From: Candidatus Latescibacterota bacterium
Lineage (GTDB): Bacteria > Latescibacterota > UBA2968 > UBA8231
Direction of reading: 5' to 3'
Assembly: GCA_965215195.1 (NCBI GenBank)
Contig: CBDCDC010000002.1
Coordinates: 544,001 to 608,000, forward strand
Length of the DNA: 64,000 nucleotides
The notes under the pieces are model-generated. The model did no database searches. It was not told the origin of the DNA and worked only from the letters and a program-made list of their open reading frames with translations. Positions 49,336-58,893 of this stretch are shown here, piece by piece. Position 1 is the first letter of the stretch; each line of letters starts with the position of its first letter. The position numbers and the translations under genes were made by a program.

Positions 49336-50224
49336 TACGGCCTTGACCGGGGTTTTGGTCATCGACAAAGCCAAAGGCCCCACTTCCCACGACGTAATCG
49401 CCTCGCTCAGACGCCTATTGCAGTTGCGGCGCATTGGTCACTGCGGTACGCTCGACCCCTTGGCCAGCGGCGTTTTGGTCGTTTGCTTGGGTCGCTATAC
49501 CCGGCTCAACCGGTGGCTCAGCGGCGCAGACAAGGAATACGAGGCCGAGATTTGTCTGGGGGCTGTAAGTGCTACGGGCGATGCCGAGGGGCCGATTCGC
49601 CCCCAAGCGGACTGCACACCTCCCGACGACCACAGCGTGGCCCAAGCCCTGCGCGACGTTACGGGTGTCATAGACCAAGTGCCGCCGGCGCATTCAGCGG
49701 TAAAAGTAGCCGGGGAGCGCTCGTACAAGCGGGCGCGTCGCGGGGACGAGATCGTCCTCAAATCCCGCCGAGTGCACATCCACGCACTGGAAGTGCTCGG
49801 CTACGATTTCCCCAGACTAGGCTTGAGAGTCCATTGCTCGGCGGGAACGTACATTCGCTCGTTGGCTGCCGATCTGGGGCGCACCTTGGGGACCGGTGCC
49901 TATTTGGCGGAATTGCGCCGGCGGCGCGCCGGTGGTCTCGGGCTAGACCAAGCCCTGACGTTGGACCAACTAGCAAGCCTCAGTAGAGCGGGCCAAATTG
50001 AAAAAGCCCTCGTCCATCCGCGCTTGGCGCTGAGCGAGCTGGCAGCCGTTGAGTTGAACGAGGTCAAGCTGGTCGATTTCGCCCATGGGAGGGCGATCGA
50101 GCATCCGGTTGGCGTAGGGCCGCGCGAAGTTTGCGCGGTTTTTGACGCTGCGGAAACCTTGTTTGGCCTCGCGCGGTGGGAGCAGGGAGCGCTGCGGCCC
50201 CTTTGCGTTTTGCGCCAACCTTAG
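49328..50224 (+). CDS. truB: tRNA pseudouridine(55) synthase
   Basis: DK..GPTSHD, GHCGTLDPLA, CSAGTYIRSL. Confidence 0.96.
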   Translation: MADTALTGVLVIDKAKGPTSHDVIASLRRLLQLRRIGHCGTLDPLASGVLVVCLGRYTRLNRWLSGADKEYEAEICLGAVSATGDAEGPIRPQADCTPPDDHSVAQALRDVTGVIDQVPPAHSAVKVAGERSYKRARRGDEIVLKSRRVHIHALEVLGYDFPRLGLRVHCSAGTYIRSLAADLGRTLGTGAYLAELRRRRAGGLGLDQALTLDQLASLSRAGQIEKALVHPRLALSELAAVELNEVKLVDFAHGRAIEHPVGVGPREVCAVFDAAETLFGLARWEQGALRPLCVLRQP

Positions 50225-50611
50225 ATGGCAGGCACTGGCGTTCATTTTTCCGGCCGCGTCACAAGGGGCCAAGGACGCGGTAGAACACTGGGGTTTCCCA
50301 CGGCGAACTTGTTGCCCCCAAGCGATAAGCCCTTGCCGCAAGGGGTCTTTGCCGCCGAGGTGCAATACCCTCGCAGTCGGATTTTGCCGGCCGTGGCCCA
50401 CATCGGCCCCCGGCCTACATTCGCCGAAGCAGCGCTAGTTGTCGAGTTGCACCTACTCGATTTTGCTGGCGACCTCTACGGACAAACCCTGCAGGTCGTC
50501 CTCGTAAAGAAGCTGCGCGACCAACGCGCATTTGCCTGTCCAGACGAGCTGGTAGCGCAAATCCGCAGAGATATTCACCAAGTACGCGCCCTGTTCGCCT
50601 CCAAGTGCTGA
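50225..50611 (+). CDS. Stand-alone riboflavin kinase (RibF C-terminal domain only)
   Basis: G.GRGRTLGFPTAN, GVF, IG.RPTF, E.HLLDF.GDLYG; no FMN adenylyltransferase domain. Confidence 0.9.
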   Translation: MAGTGVHFSGRVTRGQGRGRTLGFPTANLLPPSDKPLPQGVFAAEVQYPRSRILPAVAHIGPRPTFAEAALVVELHLLDFAGDLYGQTLQVVLVKKLRDQRAFACPDELVAQIRRDIHQVRALFASKC

Positions 50612-50647
50612 AGGCGGAAAGTGTGGCGCGAAATACGGAGGTTGAAG

Positions 50648-50914
50648 GTGTCCATAACAACTGAGCGCAAGAAGGAACTGATCGAAAAATTCGGCCAAGA
50701 GGGGGGGGCTGGATCCGCTCCGGTGCAGATTGCCATTTTCACCGAGCGCATCCGGAACCTGACCGAACACCTCAAAGACCAGCAAAAAGACTTTGCCACG
50801 CGGCGGGGGCTACTCATACTGATAGGCAAAAGGAGGCGATTGCAGAGTTATTACCAAAAGAAAAACCCGCAGGCGTACGCGGCGTTGATCCGCGAGCTTG
50901 GATTGCGCCGTTAG
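50648..50914 (+). CDS. rpsO: 30S ribosomal protein S15
   Basis: GS..VQIAIFTERI, HLK...KD...RRGL, LGLRR; GGAGG RBS with GTG 50648. Confidence 0.96.
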   Translation: MSITTERKKELIEKFGQEGGAGSAPVQIAIFTERIRNLTEHLKDQQKDFATRRGLLILIGKRRRLQSYYQKKNPQAYAALIRELGLRR

Positions 50915-51003
50915 TGCGCACTGAGCGACTCACCGCAGTGCTCGTTGGCACGGGTGCCGCACAGATTTCAAAACCCTAAAGGAAAGAGCAAAAGATATAT
51001 CTA

Positions 51004-53073
51004 ATGACTAAACTCGAACGCGAAATAGGCGGGCGGGGTCTGTCGCTTGAAACGGGCAGAATCGCCAAGCAAGCCAACGGGGCCGTGTGGGTGCAATACG
51101 GGGAGACCGTAGTGCTCGTAACGGCCTGCCGGACCAACACTCCGGAGGACCGGGGCTTTTTGCCCTTGATCGTAGATTACCGGGAAAAGGCCTACGCTGG
51201 CGGCAAGATACCGGGCAACATCTTCAAGCGCGAAGGGCGTCCCTCCGAAAAGGAGACCCTGAGTGCCCGCTTAATAGATCACCCCATTCGGCCGATGTTT
51301 CCCAAGAAGTTCCCCTATGAGATCCAAGTCTATGTTTCGGTGCTTTCGTACGACGGAGAAAACGACGCTGATGTCTTGGGTTTAATCGGGGCCTCGGCCG
51401 CCCTGAGCATCTCCGACATTCCCTTCGCCGGCCCCATGGGAGCCGTGCGGGTCGGGCGAATCAACGGCCAGTTCGTGGCCAATCCGACCTCGGCCGAGCT
51501 AGATGATTCCGATCTCGAAATCACAGTCTGCGGCACGGCCGATTCCATCGTCAGCGTCGAAGGGGGTGCCCGCGAAATTGCCGAGCAAGATCTGGTGGAT
51601 GCGCTGGCCTTTGGCCACGAGTGCATCGCCGAACTGGTCGAGCTGCAAGAGCAACTCGTCGCCGAAGTTGGCAAGGAGAAAATTGCCATCGAGACTGAGG
51701 AAGCCGATCCCGAACTGGTCCGTGCCGTGGCCGAGCTGGCGCAAGAGCGGATCGCCGAGGCCAACAGAAGCCCGCGCAAAGAAGAGCGGCAAGAGCGCAT
51801 CGACGCGATTAATGCCGATGTCTTGGAGTGCTTGGCCGAGCGCTTCCCAGACGCGGAAAAGCTCATCCGAGCCGAGCTGGAGGCGCTGCTCAAAGCCGAC
51901 ATGCGCACCATGATCCTCGAGGAGAAGCGGCGCATTGACGGCCGTGCGCTCAACGCGGTGCGCGATGTCACCTGCGAGAGCACCGTACTGCCGCGGGTCC
52001 ACGGCTCGGCGCTGTTTACTCGTGGGCAGACGCAAGCGCTGTGCGTGGCAACGCTGGGCATCAAGATCGACGAGCGCATGGCCGACGACCTGCAGGGCAA
52101 GCGGTTTAAGTCCTATTACTTGGATTACAACTTCCCCCCGTATTCGGTCGGCGAAGTGCGCTTTGAGCGCGGTCCGGGACGGCGGGATATCGGCCATGGC
52201 CATCTGGCCGAGCGCGCCCTAGAGCCGGTCATCCCATCGGTCGAGTGCTTTCCCTATACGATTCGGTTGGTGTCCGATATTACCGAGTCGAGCAGCTCCA
52301 GTTCTATGGCTACGGTGTGTGGCTGCTCCTTAGCCTTGATGGACGCCGGCATTCCCGTCAAAACTGCGGTGTGCGGCACGGGCGTGGGCCTAGTCAAGGA
52401 AGGGGACCAGTACGAGCTGTTGACCGACATCCGCGACGCCGAAGATTTTCTCGGCGACATGGACCTCAAGGTCGCCGGCACCAAGGACGGGATTACCGCG
52501 ATCCAGATGGACATCAAGATCCAGGGCTTGCAGCTAGACATTTTCAAGGAAGCCCTCGACCGCGCCAAAGAGGGCCGCGACAAGGTGTTGGCCCTTATGA
52601 ACGAATGCCTGAGCGCGGCGCGGCCCGATCTTTCGCGCTGGGCACCGCGCATTGAGTTTGTCAAGATCGCCCAGAGCAAAATCGGCGCGGTCATCGGCCC
52701 GGGTGGCAAAACCATCCGCGAGATCGAAAAGACCGGTGCTGCGGTCAATGTCGATGAAGACGGCACGATTACCATTTCCTCGGTTGAAGCTGGCCCGGCC
52801 GCAGAGGCGCGGCGCATGATTGAGGGGATCACGGCCGACGCCGAGGTCGGCAAGGAATACGACGGGGTGGTCAAGCGGGTCATGCCCTTTGGGGCCTTCG
52901 TCGAGATTCTACCCGGCAAGGAGGGCCTGTTGCACATCTCCGAGCTGGCGCATCGGCGCGTGGACAAGGTCGAGGACATCGTCGGGCAAGGGGACACTAT
53001 CGCCGTCAAGGTCCTCGAAATCGACACCGGCGGCAAGATGCGGCTCAGCCACAAGGCCCTGCTAAAGAAGTAG
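51004..53073 (+). CDS. pnp: Polyribonucleotide nucleotidyltransferase
   Basis: FKREGRP, HGSALFTRGQTQ, GDMD.KVAG, KH and S1 domains. Confidence 0.97.
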   Translation: MTKLEREIGGRGLSLETGRIAKQANGAVWVQYGETVVLVTACRTNTPEDRGFLPLIVDYREKAYAGGKIPGNIFKREGRPSEKETLSARLIDHPIRPMFPKKFPYEIQVYVSVLSYDGENDADVLGLIGASAALSISDIPFAGPMGAVRVGRINGQFVANPTSAELDDSDLEITVCGTADSIVSVEGGAREIAEQDLVDALAFGHECIAELVELQEQLVAEVGKEKIAIETEEADPELVRAVAELAQERIAEANRSPRKEERQERIDAINADVLECLAERFPDAEKLIRAELEALLKADMRTMILEEKRRIDGRALNAVRDVTCESTVLPRVHGSALFTRGQTQALCVATLGIKIDERMADDLQGKRFKSYYLDYNFPPYSVGEVRFERGPGRRDIGHGHLAERALEPVIPSVECFPYTIRLVSDITESSSSSSMATVCGCSLALMDAGIPVKTAVCGTGVGLVKEGDQYELLTDIRDAEDFLGDMDLKVAGTKDGITAIQMDIKIQGLQLDIFKEALDRAKEGRDKVLALMNECLSAARPDLSRWAPRIEFVKIAQSKIGAVIGPGGKTIREIEKTGAAVNVDEDGTITISSVEAGPAAEARRMIEGITADAEVGKEYDGVVKRVMPFGAFVEILPGKEGLLHISELAHRRVDKVEDIVGQGDTIAVKVLEIDTGGKMRLSHKALLKK

Positions 53074-53099
53074 GTGCCGGTCTTGAGTCAGGGTATGAG

Positions 53100-53130
53100 A
53101 AGGCTATCGAGTCTATCTCGATAGCCTTTT
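53100..53130 (+). terminator. Rho-independent terminator after pnp
   Basis: AAGGCTATCGAG-TCTAT-CTCGATAGCCTT followed by TT. Confidence 0.85.
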
Positions 53131-53225
53131 CTTATGTATGGATAAAGCCGACAGCATTTTAAGGGTACAATGCGAGATTCGACATCAAACCAATTTCTTC
53201 TTGGACTTGCATAGGGATTTTTGCT

Positions 53226-54518
53226 ATGGAGTCGATTCAGGTAGCTGATATCGGCCGCTATGAGGGCCGAGAAGTGGTGCTGCGCGGTTGGCTGTACAAC
53301 AAGCGCTCGAGCGGCAAGCTGCATTTTCTGCAACTGCGCGACGGCAGCGGCGTGGTGCAATGCGTTGTTTTTAAGGGGGATGTCGAGGCCGAGCTATTCG
53401 AGCGCTGCGATCGCTTGCCCCAAGAATCTTCGCTGGTAGTCCGCGGCCAAGTGCGGCGGGAGGCGCGTGCGCCCATCGGCTATGAGGTGGGGGTCCGCCA
53501 CCTCGACGTCGTGCAGGAGGCCGAGCTATATCCCATCGCGCCCAAGGAACACGGGGTGTCCTTTCTCCTCGACCACCGCCACTTGTGGCTGCGGTCTATG
53601 CGGCCTGGGGCCATTCTCAAGGTCCGCAGCGAAATTTGCAAGGCCTGCCGCGACTTCATGGAAGCGCGGGACTTTGTGCTCGTGGATGCGCCGATTTTTA
53701 CGCCCGCGGCCTGCGAGGGGACCTCGACCCTGTTCGAGACCGCGTATTTCGACGACACGGCTTACTTGACCCAGAGCGGCCAGCTCTATATGGAAGCGGC
53801 CGCCATGGCCTTGGGCAAGGTCTATTGTTTTGGCCCGACGTTTCGCGCTGAAAAATCCAAGACCCGCCGGCACCTGACCGAGTTCTGGATGATTGAGCCG
53901 GAGATGGCGTATTGCGATTTGGAGGGGGCCATGGCCTTGGCCGAGGACATGGTCCTGTACGTGCTCGACCGCGTGCTCGACCGCCGCCGCGAAGAGCTAA
54001 AGCACCTCGACCGCGATACCGCCAAGCTGGAACGGGTCGGGCGGCCCTTTCCGCGCCTGACCTACGATGAGGCTGTCGAGCGCTTGGCAGCCCTAGGGAG
54101 CGACATTGCATGGGGGAGCGATTTGGGTGGGGACGACGAAACCGTCCTCGCCTCCGAGTTCGAGTCGCCAGTTTTCGTCCACCGCTATCCCAGCGCGGTC
54201 AAAGCGTTTTACATGAAGGAAGATGCCCAAGACCGCCGCTTAGCCCTGTGCATGGACCTTTTGGCACCCGAAGGGTACGGGGAAATCATCGGGGGCGGGC
54301 AACGCGAAGACGACCTCGCTGTCTTGCAGCACAAAATTGCTGTGCATCAGTTGCCCCAAGAGGCCTTTAGCTGGTATCTCGACTTGCGGCGCTACGGCTC
54401 GGTTGAGCACGCCGGTTTTGGCATGGGAATCGAGCGAGTGGTCGCTTGGTTGTGCGGCGTCAAGCATGTGCGCGAGACCATTCCATTTCCGCGCATGATG
54501 CAGCGTCTCTATCCATAA
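53226..54518 (+). CDS. asnS: Asparagine--tRNA ligase
   Basis: [49 protein letters not shown]. Confidence 0.96.
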   Translation: MESIQVADIGRYEGREVVLRGWLYNKRSSGKLHFLQLRDGSGVVQCVVFKGDVEAELFERCDRLPQESSLVVRGQVRREARAPIGYEVGVRHLDVVQEAELYPIAPKEHGVSFLLDHRHLWLRSMRPGAILKVRSEICKACRDFMEARDFVLVDAPIFTPAACEGTSTLFETAYFDDTAYLTQSGQLYMEAAAMALGKVYCFGPTFRAEKSKTRRHLTEFWMIEPEMAYCDLEGAMALAEDMVLYVLDRVLDRRREELKHLDRDTAKLERVGRPFPRLTYDEAVERLAALGSDIAWGSDLGGDDETVLASEFESPVFVHRYPSAVKAFYMKEDAQDRRLALCMDLLAPEGYGEIIGGGQREDDLAVLQHKIAVHQLPQEAFSWYLDLRRYGSVEHAGFGMGIERVVAWLCGVKHVRETIPFPRMMQRLYP

Positions 54519-54546
54519 ATGTCTTATAAGGATGATTATGTCAATC
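54519..54546 (+). other. dif-like Xer site 1
   Basis: ATGTCTTATAA-GGATGA-TTATGTCAATC (11-6-11), overlapping the leuS RBS and start. Confidence 0.65.
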
Positions 54547-57420
54547 AAAAAAAAAGGCCAATACAATTTCCAAGCCATCGAAACCAAATGGCGATCTCAC
54601 TGGGCGCAGGAGAAGACCTATCAAACGCTGGGACCGGGGGATCCCGGCTTCGATAACAGCAAACCCAAGTGCTACATCCTCGATATGTTTCCCTATTCAA
54701 GCGGCGCCGGGTTGCACATCGGCCATCCCAAAGGGTATATCGCCAGCGACATTTACAGCCGCTACAAAAGGATGTGGGGGTTTAACGTCCTGCACCCGAT
54801 GGGGTTCGACAGTTTTGGATTGCCGGCCGAGCAATACGCCATCGAACACAATGTCCATCCAGCGACCTTTACCGAGCAGAATATCGCTGCGATGCGCAGC
54901 CAATTGCAGTTTCTCGGGCTGTCGTTTGACTGGGCTCGCGAAGTGGTCACGTCGCGGCCGTCGTATTACCGCTGGACGCAGTGGATTTTCGCCCAACTCT
55001 TCGATAGCTATTTCGACGCAGACGAAATCTGGGAAGACGGCAATGGACGCCAAATAAAGGGGCGGACCAAGCCCATCGCCGACTTAGAGGCGCAATTTGC
55101 GGCCGGCCGGGCCTTGTCGGCCACAGATCGCCAAGTTCTTGGCAGCGACGCGGTTTGGTCTGCACTAACCGAGGCCGAGCACCAAACGGTGCTGAATAAC
55201 TACCGGCTGGCGTACCAGCAAGAGGCTGTCGTCAACTGGTGCCCTCGCTTGGGCACTGTGTTGGCCAACGAGGAGGTGACCAGCGAGGGCCGCAGCGAGC
55301 GGGGCAATTTTCCCGTGTATCGCAAACCGTTGCGGCAATGGACGATGCGCATAACAGCCTACGCCGAGCGGCTCTTAGAGGACTTGGACCTTGAACTGGA
55401 AGACCGCGCTGGCGAGCCCTTCCGGATCGATTGGCCAGAACCCATCAAGCGGATGCAGCGCAACTGGATCGGCCGCAGCGAAGGGGCTGAAGTGCGCTTC
55501 GATGTCCTCGATCCGCAAAGCGACGTGGTCGCCGCGCAGTTGCCCGTGTTCACCACCCGGCCCGACACGCTCTTTGGGGCGACTTTTATGGCCATTGCCC
55601 CTCAGCATCCGCTGGTAGATCCTGCCAAAGAATCCTACTTGGTCCCCAAGGCTTGGCCCGACGGGACGCCCGAACAGTGGAAGGGGGGAGGGGACCTCAT
55701 CCGGGAAGCCGTAGCCCAGTACGTAGCTCAAACGGCCGTCTCCACCGCGGATGAAACCAAGGAAAAAACGGGCATTTTCTCCGGCATCTACGCCCGCAAT
55801 CCGGTCAATGGACAAAAAATCCCCATTTTCGTCGCCGACTACGTCAGCATGGACTACGGCGCGGGAGCCATTATGGCGGTGCCGGCCCACGACGAGCGCG
55901 ACTTTGCCTTCGCCATCACGTATAACTTGGATATTGTGCGGGTGGTTGATGGGGGGGAAGGGGAGGCCGCAGGGTGGTATGCCGGGGAGGGAATCGCCAT
56001 CAATTCGCCTTCAGTACTCGCCAGCGATAGTCCATACACCATTAACGGATTGGCGACGGCCGCGGCCAAAGACCAGATCGTCGCTGCACTCGCTGCCCAA
56101 GGGCGAGGCCAAGCTGCGGTAAACTACAAACTGCGCGACTGGACCTTTGCTCGGCAGCGCTATTGGGGAGAACCCTTTCCACTGGCCACGCATCCCGATG
56201 GATATTCCGTCAAAGTCACGCCTCCGGTGGCGCTACCGGCACTAGAGGACTTCAGGCCGGAGACCTCGGATGACCCCGCCCAACCCGTTTCTCCGCCGCT
56301 GCACCGGGCCGGAGCGGAGTGGACGACGGTGGAAATTGACGGGGTGGCCTGCCAACGCGATCTCAACGTCATGCCCCAATGGGCCGGTTCTTGCTGGTAC
56401 TATCTCCGCTTTATCGATCCGCACAACGAAGAAGCCTTCTGCGACCCGGCCAAGGAGGGCTACTTCATGCCCGTTGATCTCTACATCGGCGGTGCGGAAC
56501 ACGCGGTGTTGCACTTGCTCTACGCCCGGTTTTGGCACAAGGCCCTCTACGACTTAGGCCACGTATCCACGCCCGAGCCGTTTAAGAAGCTGTTCAATCA
56601 AGGCATGATGACCGCGGATGCCTTTCAGGACGAGCGCGGCGTGTATATCGACATTCGGGAGGTTGAGTTCCGCGACGGGGAGCCTGTTGAGAAGGGGACG
56701 GGCAAGACGCTGCATCGGTCTTCTGGCAAGATGGGCAAACGCTACAAAAACGGATTGCCGCCCGAAGAAGTCGGCGAGGAATTTGGCGTGGATACCCTGC
56801 GGCTGTACGAAATGTACATGGGGCCGCTCGAAGCGAGTGCGCCGTGGAGCATGGAAGGCATTCGCGGGATGCAGCGCTTTTTGCAGCGCATTTGGCGCAA
56901 CTTTGTCGATTCGGATCGACAGGTGAAAATAGGGGAGAGTGCTGCGTTAGTGCCGGAGTTGGAACGCAAGCTGCACCAAACCATCCAAAAGGTAACTGAG
57001 GACATAGAAGGGCTGCGGTTTAATACGGCTATTGCCACCTTGATCGAGCTAAACAACCTGTTGGTCCCCTTGGACGAGGTGCCGCAGGCCGTCGCCAAGC
57101 CCTTCTTGCTCTTGCTCGCGCCCTTTGCTCCGCATATTGCCGAGGAGCTATGGGAGTTGGCGAATTTTGGGAAGGGAGACCTCAATCGTCAGAGCTGGCC
57201 TGACTGGGATGCCGCAAAAGCCGCCGAGGACATGATCGTAGTGCCCATTCAGGTCAACGGCAAAATGCGCGGACAAGTCGAAGTGCCGGTCCACACCGGA
57301 GAGGACGAGATAAAGTCCTTGGTGCTCGCCATGGCGAGCATCCGCAAATACGTGGCCGATGAAACGGCGATAAAGCGGTTTATATGGGTGCCGGATAGAA
57401 TCGTCAATATCGTGGTGTAG
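54538..57420 (+). CDS. leuS: Leucine--tRNA ligase
   Basis: MFPY.SG.GLHIGH, FTTRPDT, YIGGAEHAVLHLLY, KMGKR (KMSKS variant). Confidence 0.98.
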   Translation: MSIKKKGQYNFQAIETKWRSHWAQEKTYQTLGPGDPGFDNSKPKCYILDMFPYSSGAGLHIGHPKGYIASDIYSRYKRMWGFNVLHPMGFDSFGLPAEQYAIEHNVHPATFTEQNIAAMRSQLQFLGLSFDWAREVVTSRPSYYRWTQWIFAQLFDSYFDADEIWEDGNGRQIKGRTKPIADLEAQFAAGRALSATDRQVLGSDAVWSALTEAEHQTVLNNYRLAYQQEAVVNWCPRLGTVLANEEVTSEGRSERGNFPVYRKPLRQWTMRITAYAERLLEDLDLELEDRAGEPFRIDWPEPIKRMQRNWIGRSEGAEVRFDVLDPQSDVVAAQLPVFTTRPDTLFGATFMAIAPQHPLVDPAKESYLVPKAWPDGTPEQWKGGGDLIREAVAQYVAQTAVSTADETKEKTGIFSGIYARNPVNGQKIPIFVADYVSMDYGAGAIMAVPAHDERDFAFAITYNLDIVRVVDGGEGEAAGWYAGEGIAINSPSVLASDSPYTINGLATAAAKDQIVAALAAQGRGQAAVNYKLRDWTFARQRYWGEPFPLATHPDGYSVKVTPPVALPALEDFRPETSDDPAQPVSPPLHRAGAEWTTVEIDGVACQRDLNVMPQWAGSCWYYLRFIDPHNEEAFCDPAKEGYFMPVDLYIGGAEHAVLHLLYARFWHKALYDLGHVSTPEPFKKLFNQGMMTADAFQDERGVYIDIREVEFRDGEPVEKGTGKTLHRSSGKMGKRYKNGLPPEEVGEEFGVDTLRLYEMYMGPLEASAPWSMEGIRGMQRFLQRIWRNFVDSDRQVKIGESAALVPELERKLHQTIQKVTEDIEGLRFNTAIATLIELNNLLVPLDEVPQAVAKPFLLLLAPFAPHIAEELWELANFGKGDLNRQSWPDWDAAKAAEDMIVVPIQVNGKMRGQVEVPVHTGEDEIKSLVLAMASIRKYVADETAIKRFIWVPDRIVNIVV

Positions 57421-57442
57421 GAGGTAAGTGTGCGGCGATAAT

Positions 57443-57470
57443 AAGTCTTATAAAATTTTTTATGTAAATA
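57443..57470 (+). other. dif-like Xer site 2
   Basis: AAGTCTTATAA-AATTTT-TTATGTAAATA. Confidence 0.75.
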
Positions 57471-57492
57471 AAAAACAAAGACAAAAAACCCC

Positions 57493-58473
57493 TCAGCTAC
57501 CAATACCAATCCTAATATAATCCGACGCATTATCGAGCAGTTTATCGCGGTTCTCGTAGTAGCGCATGGTCGTCTTTAGATCCTTGTGGCGCAAATGGGC
57601 TTGCACCTGCTGGGGCTTGGCCCCGCCTTCAATCGCCAAGGTGCAGCAGGTGTGGCGGAACATGTGCGCGGTGACGTTTTGGGGGAGGCCGGCGCGCAGG
57701 GCGTACTTCTTGACGATGTGATTTACCGACTGATCGGTTAGTGGCTGGCCGCGAGACTGGTTGCGCGACAGGCTGATGAAAACCTTGCCCGTCGTCGGCA
57801 AGCCCGCTGCTCGTAGTTGTTGTTTGTATAGTTCGAGATGATGCAGGACGACGCTTTGCAGTTTGATTTCCTGCGCCATGCCCGATTTAGTCTGGGGCAG
57901 GTGCAAAATGTAAAAGACGCCCTCCAAAGATATATCCTCCCAAGCGACGCCCGCCACTTCGGAGCGGCGCAGCCCACCGAAAGTGAGCAACTGAAACATA
58001 GCCGCATCGCGCGTACGGACCAAGTCGTCTTTTTCCTCGGCAATGGCTTGCTGGATCTTGTTCAGCACCTGATTGGAAAGTGCTTTGCCGGCCAGCGTTT
58101 CATCTACCTTGTAACCGCGCACCAAGGTGGAGTCGGCGGGATTTTTCTCGATGTGGCCCAAGGCGACCAACATCTTGAAGAACGACTTTAGGCTGGATAA
58201 TTTTCTGTTGATGCTGCTGCGCTTGTAACCTTCGCTGGCGAGTTGGTTTCTAAAGGCGACCACGTGCTCAAAGGTGATTGACTGCAAGACAGCGAGGGAC
58301 ACTTTATCCAGTTCCAAGCCGATAGATAAAAAGAAATGCTGGAGATCGGCGTAATAGGCACGCCGGGTGCGCTCGCTGAGCTGGCCGCTGAGAAATTGTT
58401 CCAAAGGATCGTCTGACGCCACCGCGGGTGTTGGCGTCAGACTGCGGACGACCGGAGTGAGTGTGCGGCTCAT
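57493..58473 (-). CDS. Tyrosine recombinase (Xer-like, not canonical XerC/XerD)
   Basis: SAM-like N-domain (TRRAY..DL; SINRKLSSLKSFF), GLRRSEV, TKSG, HMFRH, HLRH, TTMRY catalytic set. Confidence 0.95.
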   Translation of the reverse strand: MSRTLTPVVRSLTPTPAVASDDPLEQFLSGQLSERTRRAYYADLQHFFLSIGLELDKVSLAVLQSITFEHVVAFRNQLASEGYKRSSINRKLSSLKSFFKMLVALGHIEKNPADSTLVRGYKVDETLAGKALSNQVLNKIQQAIAEEKDDLVRTRDAAMFQLLTFGGLRRSEVAGVAWEDISLEGVFYILHLPQTKSGMAQEIKLQSVVLHHLELYKQQLRAAGLPTTGKVFISLSRNQSRGQPLTDQSVNHIVKKYALRAGLPQNVTAHMFRHTCCTLAIEGGAKPQQVQAHLRHKDLKTTMRYYENRDKLLDNASDYIRIGIGS

Positions 58474-58596
58474 TGAATATGCTTACAGGGGCTAAAGGTC
58501 TGAGGCATTAAATATCCGGGATGTTCTTAACAGTGGCTAAAGAATAGAGTAAATATAGCGAACATCGCGGCATTTTGCTGTCGATTCGCCTAGACA

Positions 58597-58632
58597 TTAT
58601 ACTACCGATAACAGGCATTATCGGTAGTATAA
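58597..58632. other. Perfect palindromic recombinase crossover-type site
   Basis: TTATACTACCGATAA-CAGGCA-TTATCGGTAGTATAA; 15-bp perfect arms and an asymmetric 6-bp spacer. Confidence 0.85.
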
Positions 58633-58654
58633 ATCGTAAAAAAATAAAAGTCAA
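58626..58654 (-). promoter_or_regulatory. Sigma70-type promoter of the recombinase, overlapping the palindrome
   Basis: Minus strand TTGACT-17 nt-TATACT. Confidence 0.75.
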
Positions 58655-58893
58655 TGAGAGCGAGACAAAGACATGTAACGTCGGCTGGATTGGTCTGTTG
58701 GTGTTGGCCTTGGTTTCGGTGTGGCGTGGTTTCCTTGGCGGCGCGTCAGCTTCTCGCTGCGTCAAGGCATCGAACTGTCATACAAATATGCCTCCAACGT
58801 TCCGCCGAAGCCCGAACTTGACCATTCACATAGGTTTTCCTTGGGCGTTCCGTCTATGCGCCTACTTGCGCTCGTCCATTTTTAGTTGCAGCC

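Noticed and set aside
57431-57458. Additional ATAA-N6-TTAT frame (TGCGGCGATAA-TAAGTC-TTATAAAATTT) overlapping site 2
   Set aside because: Right arm lacks TTATGT and it reuses site 2's TTATAA; probably coincidental, though it could be a recombination relic
57493-58473. Recombinase as a prophage/ICE or integron integrase
   Set aside because: No phage, conjugation or excisionase genes, no attC-like cassettes, and no evident IntI-specific insertion
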